A DNA stretch of 64,000 nt, taken from Chloracidobacterium sp. Lineage in GTDB: Bacteria > Acidobacteriota > Blastocatellia > Pyrinomonadales > Pyrinomonadaceae. The notes beneath the pieces were generated by a model. The model was not told where the DNA came from. It saw only the letters and a list, made by a program, of their open reading frames with translations, and did not search any database. The stretch lies in contig JADJXP010000001.1 in the NCBI GenBank assembly GCA_016715795.1, positions 261,705 to 325,704 of the forward strand. Direction: 5' to 3'. How positions within the stretch are numbered: position 1 is the stretch's first letter; each line of letters opens with the position of its first letter. Shown here piece by piece: positions 8,862 to 20,395 of this stretch. The position numbers and the translations under genes are program-made.

Positions 8862-10324
8862 ACGCGGCCGAGCTGCGCGACCTCGTTGCTGAGCGGGCCG
8901 AATGGCTGCTGGTTCGCGAGACGGCGGGCACATTCCCGCTGCTAAGCGGTGAGATCGAAGTGGCCGAAGGGGACGGCAAGGCTCATTTTGGCTTTATTGA
9001 CGAGGGCGGCTTTCACTCGTGGCGGCTGAATGGTTTCGAACTCGATGGCAACGAAGTCTTGGTCGATGTTGCCGGCTCATTCAATCGCAACCGCGAAACC
9101 ATAAGGCTGATCCCACGCACGGCGGCGTCAGAGATCACAGCAGAGATCGAGATCGCGAGGCTGAAAAGGGCAAACGAGATCGCCGAACTGATCCGAACCA
9201 ATTACGCAACGGCCAATCTGCGTCGCGTCTCGCTCAATGTCGAAAACGGGCGCCTCGCTCAGATCGAACTCGACCTCGACAACACACACATGGCGGCAGT
9301 CGCCGATGTAACCGCGACACTGACGCCTGAGAGCATGCTGACTGCTGCCATTACATGGGCGGACAAGCTCTCGCTTCGTAAAAAAAGGCCGATCAACGAC
9401 CTCTGGATCATCTGCGAGAAACGCCGCTCGCGGCTCGCACAAAAACTGCATGCACTTTTGACCGAACGATGGCGGGCAAAGCTCACGATCTTCGAGATCG
9501 ATCGCCGAACCGAACCCGCACGGATAAAGGAATTACCAAAACGCCGCATTCGCGACCTTTGGCGTGAAAAGCCGCAGAAACTCATCTTGCCCGCCCGCTT
9601 CGAGCCGAGCAAGACTTCGCAAAGGATCATCAACCTCGTCCCCGACTCCATCGACATCGTTTACGCCCGTAACGGCGAGACGCTCAGGTTCAAAGGGCTG
9701 CCGTTCGCTCGTGTCCGGACGATCATGGGCGTCGAAAAAGCTTGGTTCGGCGTTGGCCGGGCGATGCGGGCCTTGAACAATGAAGACTGGGACGATCTTG
9801 TTACCTTTGTCGACGGGTTGCGTTTGATCCGCTCATTCGACAGCCCAAACAAGCGCCACGAATTATATCGCACGGCCGCCGAGGCATGGCTGGAATCGAT
9901 CCTTCGCTACAACATCAGATTGCTTGACGCAAACCTGATCCTGTCACCGATCTACAACCAATTCCGCTTCTCAAACGACAAGATCGACCTGCTCGCGATG
10001 CGTCGTGACGGCCGGCTAGTGATCATCGAGCTAAAAACACAGCCCGACCGCGAGATGGTCTTCCAATCGATCGATTACTGGCGAAAGATCGAATTGCAGC
10101 GCCGCCGCGGCATCCTTGCAGCCGCCGACCTATTTGACGGGCGCGAGATCGCCGACCGGCCGACGATCGTCTATCTGGCGGCACCTGCGTGGAGTTTTCA
10201 CCGCGATTTTGAGTATTTCGCTCGATGCGTCTCGCCCGACATCGAACTGTGGCGCTTCGACCTGCACCAGGATTGGCGAAACGATATTCGCGTCGTCGCC
10301 CGGCACAGCGTTGCCGATGGTTGA
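8855..10324 (+). CDS. Hypothetical protein with C-terminal PD-(D/E)xK (NucS/DUF91-like) nuclease motif
   Basis: The track ORF starts at 8582, but that part overlaps the SGNH gene. The likely start is the ATG at 8855, which overlaps the SGNH stop (ATGGTGA). The C-terminus has EAWLESIL...KIDLLAMRRDGRLVIIELKTQPDREMVFQSIDYW, resembling the D...ExK core and following Q..Y helix of NucS-type nucleases. Confidence 0.55.
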   Translation: MVNAAELRDLVAERAEWLLVRETAGTFPLLSGEIEVAEGDGKAHFGFIDEGGFHSWRLNGFELDGNEVLVDVAGSFNRNRETIRLIPRTAASEITAEIEIARLKRANEIAELIRTNYATANLRRVSLNVENGRLAQIELDLDNTHMAAVADVTATLTPESMLTAAITWADKLSLRKKRPINDLWIICEKRRSRLAQKLHALLTERWRAKLTIFEIDRRTEPARIKELPKRRIRDLWREKPQKLILPARFEPSKTSQRIINLVPDSIDIVYARNGETLRFKGLPFARVRTIMGVEKAWFGVGRAMRALNNEDWDDLVTFVDGLRLIRSFDSPNKRHELYRTAAEAWLESILRYNIRLLDANLILSPIYNQFRFSNDKIDLLAMRRDGRLVIIELKTQPDREMVFQSIDYWRKIELQRRRGILAAADLFDGREIADRPTIVYLAAPAWSFHRDFEYFARCVSPDIELWRFDLHQDWRNDIRVVARHSVADG

Positions 10325-10334
10325 ACGGGTGCCC

Positions 10335-11045
10335 TTACCCCGTACAGGCTTCCGCAACAAACCGGTAGCCGACGCCGCGGACGGTTTGGAGTATCTGCGG
10401 ATCGGCGGGGTCATCTTCGATATGGCGGCGCAGCCGGACGATAAAATTGTCGATGGCACGCGTGTCGGTGTCCACGTTTAGCTGCCAGACGTCGGTGAGT
10501 ATCTGTGCACGCGATACGGCGCGGCCCTCCTGCGAGATAAGGTAACCGAGCAGGCGCGATTCCATCAGCGTGAGCCGGATCACGGCGTCGCCGTGGCGGA
10601 GTTCGAGATTGTCGAGATCGATGGTGCGGCCGTTTACGGTGTAAATGGCGTCAGCCGGCGGCGTGCCGGCCTCGGTGGCGGCCCATTGGCGGCGGCGCAC
10701 GAGCGCCCTCACGCGGGCGATAAAGATAGCGAGGTCAAAGGGCTTTGCAAGATAATCGTCCGTCCCGGCCTCAAAGCCTTTGAGCACGTCTTCGGGCCGT
10801 CCTAACGCGGTGAGCATCAGCACGGGCGTGTGATCGCCCCGGCTGCGCATCTCGGCGGCCACCTCAAAGCCGTCCTTGTGCGGAAGCATCACGTCGAGCA
10901 CGACGGCGTCGTATCTATTCGCCCGGAGCACGTCGAGGGCCGACTGCCCGTCCTCGGCAACCTCGGCCTCAAAGCCCTCGGCCTCGAGATTGAATCGCAA
11001 TCCCTCGGCCAGATGCTGCTCGTCCTCTACGATGAGTATCTTCAT
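10335..11045 (-). CDS. OmpR/PhoB-family response regulator
   Basis: Receiver domain (MKILIVEDE...DAVVLDVMLP) followed by a winged-helix C-terminus (TVRGVGYRF). Confidence 0.9.
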   Translation of the reverse strand: MKILIVEDEQHLAEGLRFNLEAEGFEAEVAEDGQSALDVLRANRYDAVVLDVMLPHKDGFEVAAEMRSRGDHTPVLMLTALGRPEDVLKGFEAGTDDYLAKPFDLAIFIARVRALVRRRQWAATEAGTPPADAIYTVNGRTIDLDNLELRHGDAVIRLTLMESRLLGYLISQEGRAVSRAQILTDVWQLNVDTDTRAIDNFIVRLRRHIEDDPADPQILQTVRGVGYRFVAEACTG

Positions 11046-11923
11046 ACCTTTGGCAGCGTGACGATGAACGTGCTGCCTTTGCCCACTCCTTTGCTCTGGG
11101 TCGAAACGCGGCCGCCGTGCTTCTCTACGATCGAACGCACGATAGCCAGGCCGAGGCCAGTTCCCTTTACGCCGACGCCATCAGCGTGCGGCACGCGATA
11201 AAATCGCTTGAATACGCGCTTCAGATCGCCCCGAGCCAGCCCCACGCCGTTATCGCGAATGTAGATCTCAAAATTCGTCGGCGTAAACCGCAGCTTTACC
11301 GAGATGCGCGGGGCATCGGGCGAGTACTTGACGGCATTTTCGAGCAGGTTAGCAAACGCCGTCTGCAGCTCCGCGCGGTCGCCCGCCAACGTGCCGTCAC
11401 GCAGCGGCAGCGCGAACTTTATCGCCGTCTCATCCAGATGATGGCGGCTCCGCACGATGCCGATCGTCTCGCCCAATAGCTCACCTATCGCGATCTCAGA
11501 CAGATGCAGCTCGCGCCCTTTTTCACGCGCCCGGCTCGCCTGCAGCACCTGCTCGACCGTGCCCAGCAGACGGTCGCTGTCGGTGAGCATCACGTCGTAG
11601 AATTCGCGCTGCTTTTCGGGCCCCACGTCGCGCGTCTTGAGCGTTTCGAGATAAAGCCGGATCGACGCGATCGGAGTCTTGAGCTCGTGGGTCACGGCGT
11701 TGAGAAATGCGTCGTGCTGCTCATTGCGGCGTATCTCACGCACGAGAAAGATCGTATTCAGAATGAGCCCCGTGATAATGATCGCAAACAAGATCACGCC
11801 AAAAACAAGCAGCGCGACCTCACGAAGATTCAGCAGTATCCAGCCGATATTGAGCGCGATGGCAATAGCGGACAGGCAAATGCCCAGGACGAGGAAAAAG
11901 ATCGCTGTCTTGCGCCGACGCAC
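11042..11923 (-). CDS. Sensor histidine kinase (two TM helices, no extracytoplasmic or HAMP domain)
   Basis: H-box HELKTPIASI, N-box LLENAVKYS and G-box GTGLGLAIV are present. Two adjacent TM helices run directly into the H-box. The stop overlaps the response-regulator start (ATGA). Confidence 0.9.
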   Translation of the reverse strand: MRRRKTAIFFLVLGICLSAIAIALNIGWILLNLREVALLVFGVILFAIIITGLILNTIFLVREIRRNEQHDAFLNAVTHELKTPIASIRLYLETLKTRDVGPEKQREFYDVMLTDSDRLLGTVEQVLQASRAREKGRELHLSEIAIGELLGETIGIVRSRHHLDETAIKFALPLRDGTLAGDRAELQTAFANLLENAVKYSPDAPRISVKLRFTPTNFEIYIRDNGVGLARGDLKRVFKRFYRVPHADGVGVKGTGLGLAIVRSIVEKHGGRVSTQSKGVGKGSTFIVTLPKV

Positions 11924-11935
11924 AAGGTCAATTAG

Positions 11936-12015
11936 AAGTGAAAAAGCAAAAAAGTGAAAAGGTGAAAAAGCAAAACCCGCAGGTCCGGACTTTTCACCCT
12001 TTCACTCTTTCACTC
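11936..12015. terminator. Word-repeat hairpin downstream of the desaturase gene
   Basis: agtgaaaaggtgaaaag (11953-11969) pairs 16/17 with cttttcaccctttcact (11990-12006). The arms are tandem 8-nt words (AGTGAAAA / AGCAAAAA ; CTTTCACN). Confidence 0.55.
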
Positions 12016-12025
12016 GTCGCTTTTT

Positions 12026-12892
12026 CTAAGCCGCTTTTTTCAGTTCTCGCTCGCCGCCGTCAGCCTTCAGGTCATAGGCGTAAACGTCGCTGATAAGGCC
12101 GACCTTTTCGAGCAGGCGAAGCTGCACCCAGTTGATGTCGAATTCACTAGGCGCCAGCCCGTGGCGCGCCGAACGCGGGAAGGCGTGATGATTGTTGTGC
12201 CAGCCCTCGCCAAATGTCAGAGCGGCGATGAGGCCGTTGTTTCGCGAGTCGTCGCGGGTCTCAAACCGCCGGCTGCCCCACAGATGCGTCGCCGAATTCA
12301 CCAGCCACGTAAAATGCCAGCCGACGACCGTCCGCAGAATGACCGCCCACAGCACCATTGTCACGCCGCCGATGGCAAAGAGGACCGCTCCGGCGATGAT
12401 CGGCGTGACCCAATAGAACTTGTCGATAAATACGATGTATCGATCGCGGATAAGATCGGGCGAGTATTTCTCAATCGCCGACCTCGGCTGCACCTGCGCC
12501 GTGCCCTTGAATATCCAGCCGATGTGTGACCAGTAGGTACCGTGCCGCGGGCTGTGTGGGTCGCGCGCCTGATCGGTGAACGCATGATGTATGCGGTGCG
12601 TCGTCACCCACGAGATCGGGCCCGACTGCACGGCAAGTGTTCCGCACGTCGCAAGAAAGCGTTCCATCCACCTCGACGTCTTAAACCCGCGGTGCGTCAT
12701 CAGCCGATGATAGCCGATCCCTATTCCCCAGCTGCCCGCTATCCACCACGTGATGACCGCTGCCGCCAGGTTCTGCCAACTGAAGAAGAAAAGCGCGACC
12801 ACCGCGAGGGCGTGAAACAACGCCACAAAAATGATCGTGTTCCAATGCAGTCTTCCGGCTGCGTGAGGTTCAAAGGTAACGACGTTTTGCAT
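12026..12892 (-). CDS. Membrane acyl-CoA/acyl-lipid desaturase (delta-9-type fatty acid desaturase family)
   Basis: Three histidine boxes: HRLMTH, HRIHH and HNNHH. The track ORF extends to 13189 but overlaps pta. The likely start is MQNVVTF at 12892. Confidence 0.85.
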   Translation of the reverse strand: MQNVVTFEPHAAGRLHWNTIIFVALFHALAVVALFFFSWQNLAAAVITWWIAGSWGIGIGYHRLMTHRGFKTSRWMERFLATCGTLAVQSGPISWVTTHRIHHAFTDQARDPHSPRHGTYWSHIGWIFKGTAQVQPRSAIEKYSPDLIRDRYIVFIDKFYWVTPIIAGAVLFAIGGVTMVLWAVILRTVVGWHFTWLVNSATHLWGSRRFETRDDSRNNGLIAALTFGEGWHNNHHAFPRSARHGLAPSEFDINWVQLRLLEKVGLISDVYAYDLKADGGERELKKAA

Positions 12893-13010
12893 ACAATTAT
12901 TCGGTAGAATTTGAGAGTATGGCCAACAGAAGCGGCCGTATCTCATTACCGTAACAGCTTTTAGCGTCGTCGAATGTAAGAGTTTTGTAAGAGTATTTGT
13001 CGCCGCGCAG

Positions 13011-14042
13011 CTAACCGGAGCATCTCGCCTGCGACTGCACGGCCGTGATCGCGACGGCATCGACGATGTCCTCGGCCTTGCAGCCGCGTGAGAGGTCGTT
13101 GCAGGGTTTGTCGAGTCCTTGCAGGATAGGGCCGATGGCCGTGCCGCCGGTGAGGCGTTCGGTGAGTTTGTAGGCGATGTTGCCGGCATTGAGATCGGGA
13201 AAGATCATCACATTCGCCTTGCCGGCAACAGGCGAGCCGGGAGCTTTTGAATCGCCGACAGACTTGACCAAAGCAGCATCGGCTTGAAGTTCGCCGTCGA
13301 TGGCAAGTTCGGGCATCCTAGCGCGAACGGTCTTCGTCGCCTCGACAACTTTATCTATCAATTGATGCTTGGCGCTTCCTTTCGTCGAAAATGACAGCAT
13401 CGCGACACGCGGCTCGGCCTCTAGTAGAGCCTTGCACGAGTCCGCCGACGCGATCGCGATCTCGGCAAGCTGCCCGGCATCGGGATCGACGACGACGCCG
13501 CAGTCGGCGTAGATCATCGCGCCTTTCTCGCCAAAAGCCTTGTCCGGCACGACCATCAGAAAGAACGACGAGACAGTCTTCATGCCCGCACGCGGCCCGA
13601 CACAACGCAGTGCCGCCGCCACCGTTTGAGCGGTCGTATTCGTCGCACCAGCCACCGAACCGTCGGCTTTTCCCTCGCGAACGAGCAGATTGGCGTAATA
13701 AAGCGGATCTTTCACGGCCTGTTCGGCCTCCTCAAGTGTCACGCCTTTTGCTCGGCGAAGCTGATGATACAGCTCGGCCATCTTGCCCAGATCATGATGC
13801 GACGCACGGGTGTCGAGCACGTCAACGCCGTTCAGATTCGCTCCGGCTTGGGCCGCCAGCTCACGCACCTTTTCTTCGTTACCAATGACGGTGATCTTTG
13901 CGATCCGGTCGCGAGCACAGACAGCGGCAGCCTCGATGGTTCGGATATCGTCGCCCTCGGGCAGAATAATGTGCTGCGGGTTGGCCGCGGCTCGCTGACG
14001 GATGTTTTCGAGGATCATGAACGAATCGAATTTAGCATACAA
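13011..14042 (-). CDS. pta: Phosphate acetyltransferase
   Basis: The N-terminus ([30 protein letters not shown]) and overall length are typical of the PTA_PTB domain. The start may instead be the internal Met at 14018. Confidence 0.85.
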   Translation of the reverse strand: MYAKFDSFMILENIRQRAAANPQHIILPEGDDIRTIEAAAVCARDRIAKITVIGNEEKVRELAAQAGANLNGVDVLDTRASHHDLGKMAELYHQLRRAKGVTLEEAEQAVKDPLYYANLLVREGKADGSVAGATNTTAQTVAAALRCVGPRAGMKTVSSFFLMVVPDKAFGEKGAMIYADCGVVVDPDAGQLAEIAIASADSCKALLEAEPRVAMLSFSTKGSAKHQLIDKVVEATKTVRARMPELAIDGELQADAALVKSVGDSKAPGSPVAGKANVMIFPDLNAGNIAYKLTERLTGGTAIGPILQGLDKPCNDLSRGCKAEDIVDAVAITAVQSQARCSG

Positions 14043-14105
14043 CGCACCCTAGCGAAACTTGCACAAAGCACGGGTTTGTCCTTAGACTGAGGAGAAATCA
14101 ACACG

Positions 14106-14633
14106 ATGGGTAAGAAACGCGAACTAAAACGGATCGAACGCCGCGAGCGATCGGAACTAAAAGGCCGCCTCCGCAGCTTTCTGATGTTCCTTCCGAACAT
14201 GGTCACGCTGCTCGCACGTCTCTTAAAGGACGGCCGCGTCCCGACGGCCGAAAAAGCGCTTTTTGTCGCCGCCATCGTTTATGTCATCTCACCGCTCGAT
14301 TTTATTCCTGATGTTTTCCCATTTATCGGCCAGGTCGATGACATTTATGTTGTTGCGTTAACACTTCTTAGGCTGATAAACCGCTCGGACGAGACGGTAG
14401 TTCGCCAACTGTGGCCGGGCGGCGGCGATATCGTCGCGTTGGCCGATTCTATTGCCAATATCGCCCCAAAATTCCTGCCGCGACGCATTTCTCGCGTCAT
14501 TACATCGCGTGTCGAGCTCGCCCCGGCGGGCAACATCCTCCGCGGCGTAACAAAACGCGACGAAGCGGTCGTTCGCGAGATCGTCGGCGAAGACGACTTG
14601 AACGTCGCTTCACGCTCCGCGATGACCAACTAG
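14106..14633 (+). CDS. DUF1232 (YkvA-like) membrane protein
   Basis: Contains the motif ISPLDFIPDVFPFIGQVDD, characteristic of DUF1232. Confidence 0.7.
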   Translation: MGKKRELKRIERRERSELKGRLRSFLMFLPNMVTLLARLLKDGRVPTAEKALFVAAIVYVISPLDFIPDVFPFIGQVDDIYVVALTLLRLINRSDETVVRQLWPGGGDIVALADSIANIAPKFLPRRISRVITSRVELAPAGNILRGVTKRDEAVVREIVGEDDLNVASRSAMTN

Positions 14634-14798
14634 TTTTTACACAAATACCAGCAAAAACGGCACTTTTTTGTGGATTCCGGGCGCTTTTCTAACTTTATCC
14701 ATTCAAGCTCGTAGTACTCAGAAAATTGAAATTCGGCGCAAGCCATGGGCTTTTCTGGTTATAATATCGTCAACCAGAGAGGCCGGATTCGGATTTTT

Positions 14799-17183
<2,385 letters not shown>

Positions 17184-17200
17184 CCAAATCACCAGGCAAA

Positions 17201-17301
17201 TTAGCCGCGGATTACGCGGATAAAACGGATCAGGACAAATAAGAGAAATGCCTTGCTAATATCATTTAATATCCGCGTTCATCCTTTTGATCCGCGGCTA
17301 A
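17201..17301. terminator. Word-repeat hairpin between convergent clpC and 17315..17701
   Basis: ttagccgcggat... (17201-17233) faces ...atccgcggctaa (17271-17301). The outer 12 nt are a perfect inverted repeat. The arms are made of GGAT/CGCGGAT-type words. Confidence 0.5.
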
Positions 17302-17314
17302 ATTTTTCTTCTCC

Positions 17315-17701
17315 TCACCTCGTGCCGCGTGTAACCCTCACCGAGTTTGCAATATCAAAAGCAATAGCTCCGTCGCGAGTCAACTCCACCTCATTGAACA
17401 ACACCGTCCCGTCGGCCTTGAGCCCGTAGTGCACGCAGAATGGCGCGGCGCGCAGCGTCCAGTGTGCCATTCCCTTTTTCTTGACCAGTGGAAATGCATT
17501 CTGCTGCGTAGCCTCGACCGCGCGAAACCCGACCATCCCGCGCCCCTTGTCAAACATCAGTTCCACCGCCTCAGGCGACCCCAAAGCCTCCACCGCCGGC
17601 CCATTCAACAAAAATATCCCCTTCCGCCCCAAAGTCACCCTCGGCCTCGACCGGTCAACCCCATTCGGCCTCCCCTGAAAAACCTCCCAACGCTCGATCA
17701 T
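17315..17701 (-). CDS. Hypothetical protein
   Basis: A 128-aa ORF with backbone-like GC content. I recognise no motif. Confidence 0.45.
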   Translation of the reverse strand: MIERWEVFQGRPNGVDRSRPRVTLGRKGIFLLNGPAVEALGSPEAVELMFDKGRGMVGFRAVEATQQNAFPLVKKKGMAHWTLRAAPFCVHYGLKADGTVLFNEVELTRDGAIAFDIANSVRVTRGTR

Positions 17702-17735
17702 GTGTATTTAGCTTCTCCTTATGTGTGATTCTTAT

Positions 17736-17767
17736 CTGACTTCTGAATTCTGACTTCTCACTTCTCA
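17736..17767. repeat. Heptad word tract (CTGACTT CTGAATT CTGACTT CTCACTT CTCA)
   Basis: Tandem degenerate 7-mers, read directly from the sequence. Confidence 0.8.
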
Positions 17768-17818
17768 TAGCTTATATCATAGATGCAACGTGCTGTCAAC
17801 TATCACCGGATTGTTGCT

Positions 17819-18097
17819 GTCCCTGAAAGGGACAAAGACAATAGCCCGGGGTGTAGGCCGCGTCGGCCGGAACCCTGGGTTACCGTTCCCTCAGCGATCC
17901 CGACCCTGAAGGGGTCGAACCTCTGACTCCCCTTCAGGGAGCGAATGACGTGGCTCACTGTTCCCGGGGGTTTCCCAAAACCTGCACCCCAGGCTATTAT
18001 CTTTGTCACCTTCAGCGACCCACAGGCGCAGCAGCCTCTGCCCGCACGCCATTCAACCCCGGAGCCCGGCTCCCGTCGCGTCTCTTCAGCGACGGGA
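17819..18097. other. Hairpin-dense non-coding element (candidate MITE or structured RNA)
   Basis: Long-range inverted repeat: gacaaagacaatagcccggggtg (17831-17853) against caccccaggctattatctttgtc (17985-18007), 21/23. It encloses the local hairpins GTCCC-TGAAA-GGGAC, CGACCC-TGAA-GGGGTCG and CTCCC-CTTCA-GGGAG. A terminal hairpin, TCCCGTCGC...GCGACGGGA, lies at 18071-18097. Confidence 0.5.
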
Positions 18098-18153
18098 GCA
18101 ACGGGCGACAAGTCGGTTCGCAGGCCGCAAGCCGCGTGATCTTCTACTGCCTA

Positions 18154-18183
18154 CTGACTTCTGAGTTCTGAATTCTGACTTCT
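18154..18183. repeat. Heptad word tract, direct repeat of 17736-17758
   Basis: CTGACTT CTGAGTT CTGAATT CTGACTT CT. Same strand and same words as the tract at 17736. Confidence 0.8.
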
Positions 18184-18207
18184 TTTCGCCACCGCCACCC
18201 CAAAACC

Positions 18208-18268
18208 CTCCAACCGCTTCCGCGTCCTGAGCCGACTGGTCGTGCTCAGGACGCGGAAGCGGTTGGAG
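18208..18268 (-). terminator. Perfect 25-bp hairpin downstream of the methyltransferase gene
   Basis: ctccaaccgcttccgcgtcctgagc (18208-18232) and gctcaggacgcggaagcggttggag (18244-18268) are exact reverse complements. Confidence 0.65.
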
Positions 18269-18286
18269 AAAGAACCGTGCCGGCTC

Positions 18287-20377
18287 CTAAAGGTCTATGA
18301 TCGTCTCGTCACCCGCAATGCTGCGGACCTTTAGTCGCAGAGGTTTCTTCTTGGAGGCGATCTTGCCGTCCCAGAAGTCTTTTGTTTTTTTGCCGTCGAG
18401 GATAACGAAGCTGTTCTTATCTATCTTTATCTCTGAGTCGGACTTCCACGAGGCTTCTTTGTTGGTGCAGTCGAGCGATACCATCTCGATAAGTTCGAGG
18501 CCGTTGTCGCTGATCTCGATCTTTGTAAAACCGCCTTCTGGCTCTTCTTCGACTTCTCCGACCTCGGCAACTTCAACCAGCAGATGGCGTTTCTTTTGCA
18601 TCTGAAGCTCGCGTTTCTGGTTGTATTCGTCGATCTTTTGCATCAGGCGGTCTGAGACAAAGCTCGTGAACTCAACCTCATAGCCGTCTTTAGTCTTTCG
18701 CAGTTCATATTCCGCTATGTCGTTGAGAACAATGTTGTCGAGGACCTCTTTCAGGTCGCGAAGTTCGATCGTGATATCGAGATCATTCTGCTTTGCGATG
18801 AACTCTTCGAGGGCAGACCGGTCATCGATATCGATATAATAGACGACCACCTTTCGGACGCCGTCGGGCAGGTCGGGCATAGCTTCGACAATGATGCGGT
18901 TCATCGTCACGTTATCGAGAACCTTTGTCGAATGGTCAAGCAGGTTCGGCACATATACCGGTATCATGCCCAGCTTGCTGTCTTCGATCGCCCCTTCCCA
19001 AAAACTGTCGAGCTTGTCTTCATTACGCAAACCGTGGATAAGTTCCTTTAGCTTATCCATAGTCTGCGCCGGATTGCGGAATAACGAAACGCCGTCTTGG
19101 ATGTCAAGGACAGTGAAATCGGCGTTTCGTTCCAGTAGCCCGTCGCGCGCGGTTTGAATTGAATTTGTGCCGGTATCCACATGAATAAACGACCGACCAA
19201 GATCATCGGCGACTTTTGAAGCAACGCCGCTTCCCCCAAAAAAGTCAGCAACGACCGTCTTGCGCCCATCCTCGCGTATTTCATTGGACGATGCTTTTAC
19301 AATGCGTTCGACTAATTCCGGAGGTTTCTGTGTGGCGTAGCCGGTTCTTTCTGGATGGTTACCGCGAAGAAATGGGATATCGCTCCAAACGTCGCTCAAT
19401 GCTTGCCCGTCCTCAATTATCTCGTCGAGATAACGCTTGTACGGCTCTTGGCCAGTGGCTTGTCCGCGCGTTTCCCAAACCCATTCTTTACCATCCTCAT
19501 CTTTATGAATCTTCCGCCGGAGAGATTTGATTCGAGCGTCTCGGTCATGTTCGATCGCAACCGCCGACATATCAATCCGCTTATCGACGGCCAAGCCATA
19601 TAGGAACAATGTGTCATGTTTCGCATTAAACTTATTGGAAATGTGCATCTCTCGTCCGGGATAATGCCATACGATCTCATTCATAAAGTTATCTTCACCA
19701 AAAACCTCATCCATCAATATCTTCACATAATGTCCAATATGCCAATCTAAATGAACGTAGATACTCGCCGTTTCGCTCATTACGGAGCGGATCGCGACGA
19801 GGTTTTCGTACATCCAGTTTAGGTATTGTTCCTTATGCCAGATGTCACCATACATCTTTTCTTCAAACGCCTTTAGTTCGTCGTCCTCAAGTTCCTCGCC
19901 TGCGGCCAACGCCTCGGCAATCTTTGGGTTTTTCCGCAGGTATATCTTTTTTGCGTAATCGGCTCCGCTCGCAAACGGCGGATCGATATAAACGAGATCG
20001 ACCTTTATCCCCTGATCCTTGAGATATGCACAAGCCGAGACGCATTCGCCGCGAATGACCAGATTATCGCCGCCGCCGTTTACCTTTTCGATCTCTTCGA
20101 CTTCATACAGCGGCATCCCGCGACGGATTCGCTCCTCGACCTTATCGGCATCGCGATAGGCAAGCATGCGCCTCGTGCGGACAAAGTTATTCAGTATCGC
20201 CTGTCCGTCGATGGTATTAGGAAAATAGGGAACGTACTTTATGGGCATATTGTCATGAATTGCCTCCAGCTTTAGCTGGAGGTCAGCGGGCAGAATGGTT
20301 CGGGCTTTAGCCCAACGTTTTTGGCTAAAGCCCAGAAACTTCTTTTCAAACAATCCACGCTCTAAAGTGCGTGGCAA
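18287..20377 (-). CDS. mod: N6/N4 DNA methyltransferase, Type III Mod-like (beta-class motif order)
   Basis: Motif IV DPPF (VDLVYIDPPFASGADY) comes before motif I FxGxG (ADFFGGSGVASKV), with a long region between them that is a candidate target-recognition domain. The composition is K/N/I/E/D-rich and AT-richer than the flanks. Confidence 0.85.
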   Translation of the reverse strand: MPRTLERGLFEKKFLGFSQKRWAKARTILPADLQLKLEAIHDNMPIKYVPYFPNTIDGQAILNNFVRTRRMLAYRDADKVEERIRRGMPLYEVEEIEKVNGGGDNLVIRGECVSACAYLKDQGIKVDLVYIDPPFASGADYAKKIYLRKNPKIAEALAAGEELEDDELKAFEEKMYGDIWHKEQYLNWMYENLVAIRSVMSETASIYVHLDWHIGHYVKILMDEVFGEDNFMNEIVWHYPGREMHISNKFNAKHDTLFLYGLAVDKRIDMSAVAIEHDRDARIKSLRRKIHKDEDGKEWVWETRGQATGQEPYKRYLDEIIEDGQALSDVWSDIPFLRGNHPERTGYATQKPPELVERIVKASSNEIREDGRKTVVADFFGGSGVASKVADDLGRSFIHVDTGTNSIQTARDGLLERNADFTVLDIQDGVSLFRNPAQTMDKLKELIHGLRNEDKLDSFWEGAIEDSKLGMIPVYVPNLLDHSTKVLDNVTMNRIIVEAMPDLPDGVRKVVVYYIDIDDRSALEEFIAKQNDLDITIELRDLKEVLDNIVLNDIAEYELRKTKDGYEVEFTSFVSDRLMQKIDEYNQKRELQMQKKRHLLVEVAEVGEVEEEPEGGFTKIEISDNGLELIEMVSLDCTNKEASWKSDSEIKIDKNSFVILDGKKTKDFWDGKIASKKKPLRLKVRSIAGDETIIDL

Positions 20378-20395
20378 CTCATTAGACCGAGGCCG

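Noticed and set aside
12893-13189. N-terminal 99-aa extension of the desaturase ORF
   Set aside because: It is a Pro/Ser/Arg/Thr-rich, low-complexity translation that overlaps the 3' end of pta. Desaturase homology begins near MQNVVTF.
14700-14798. Promoter upstream of clpC (TATAAT at about 14761)
   Set aside because: There is a good -10 hexamer, but no acceptable -35 element at 16-19-nt spacing and no clean TGn extension. This is too uncertain to annotate.
17803-18111. 102-aa ORF on the minus strand between clpC and the R-M cassette
   Set aside because: It coincides exactly with a hairpin-dense repeat element. The translation is G/R/P/S-rich and low in complexity, and no start context or recognisable domain is present. 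I treat it as non-coding.
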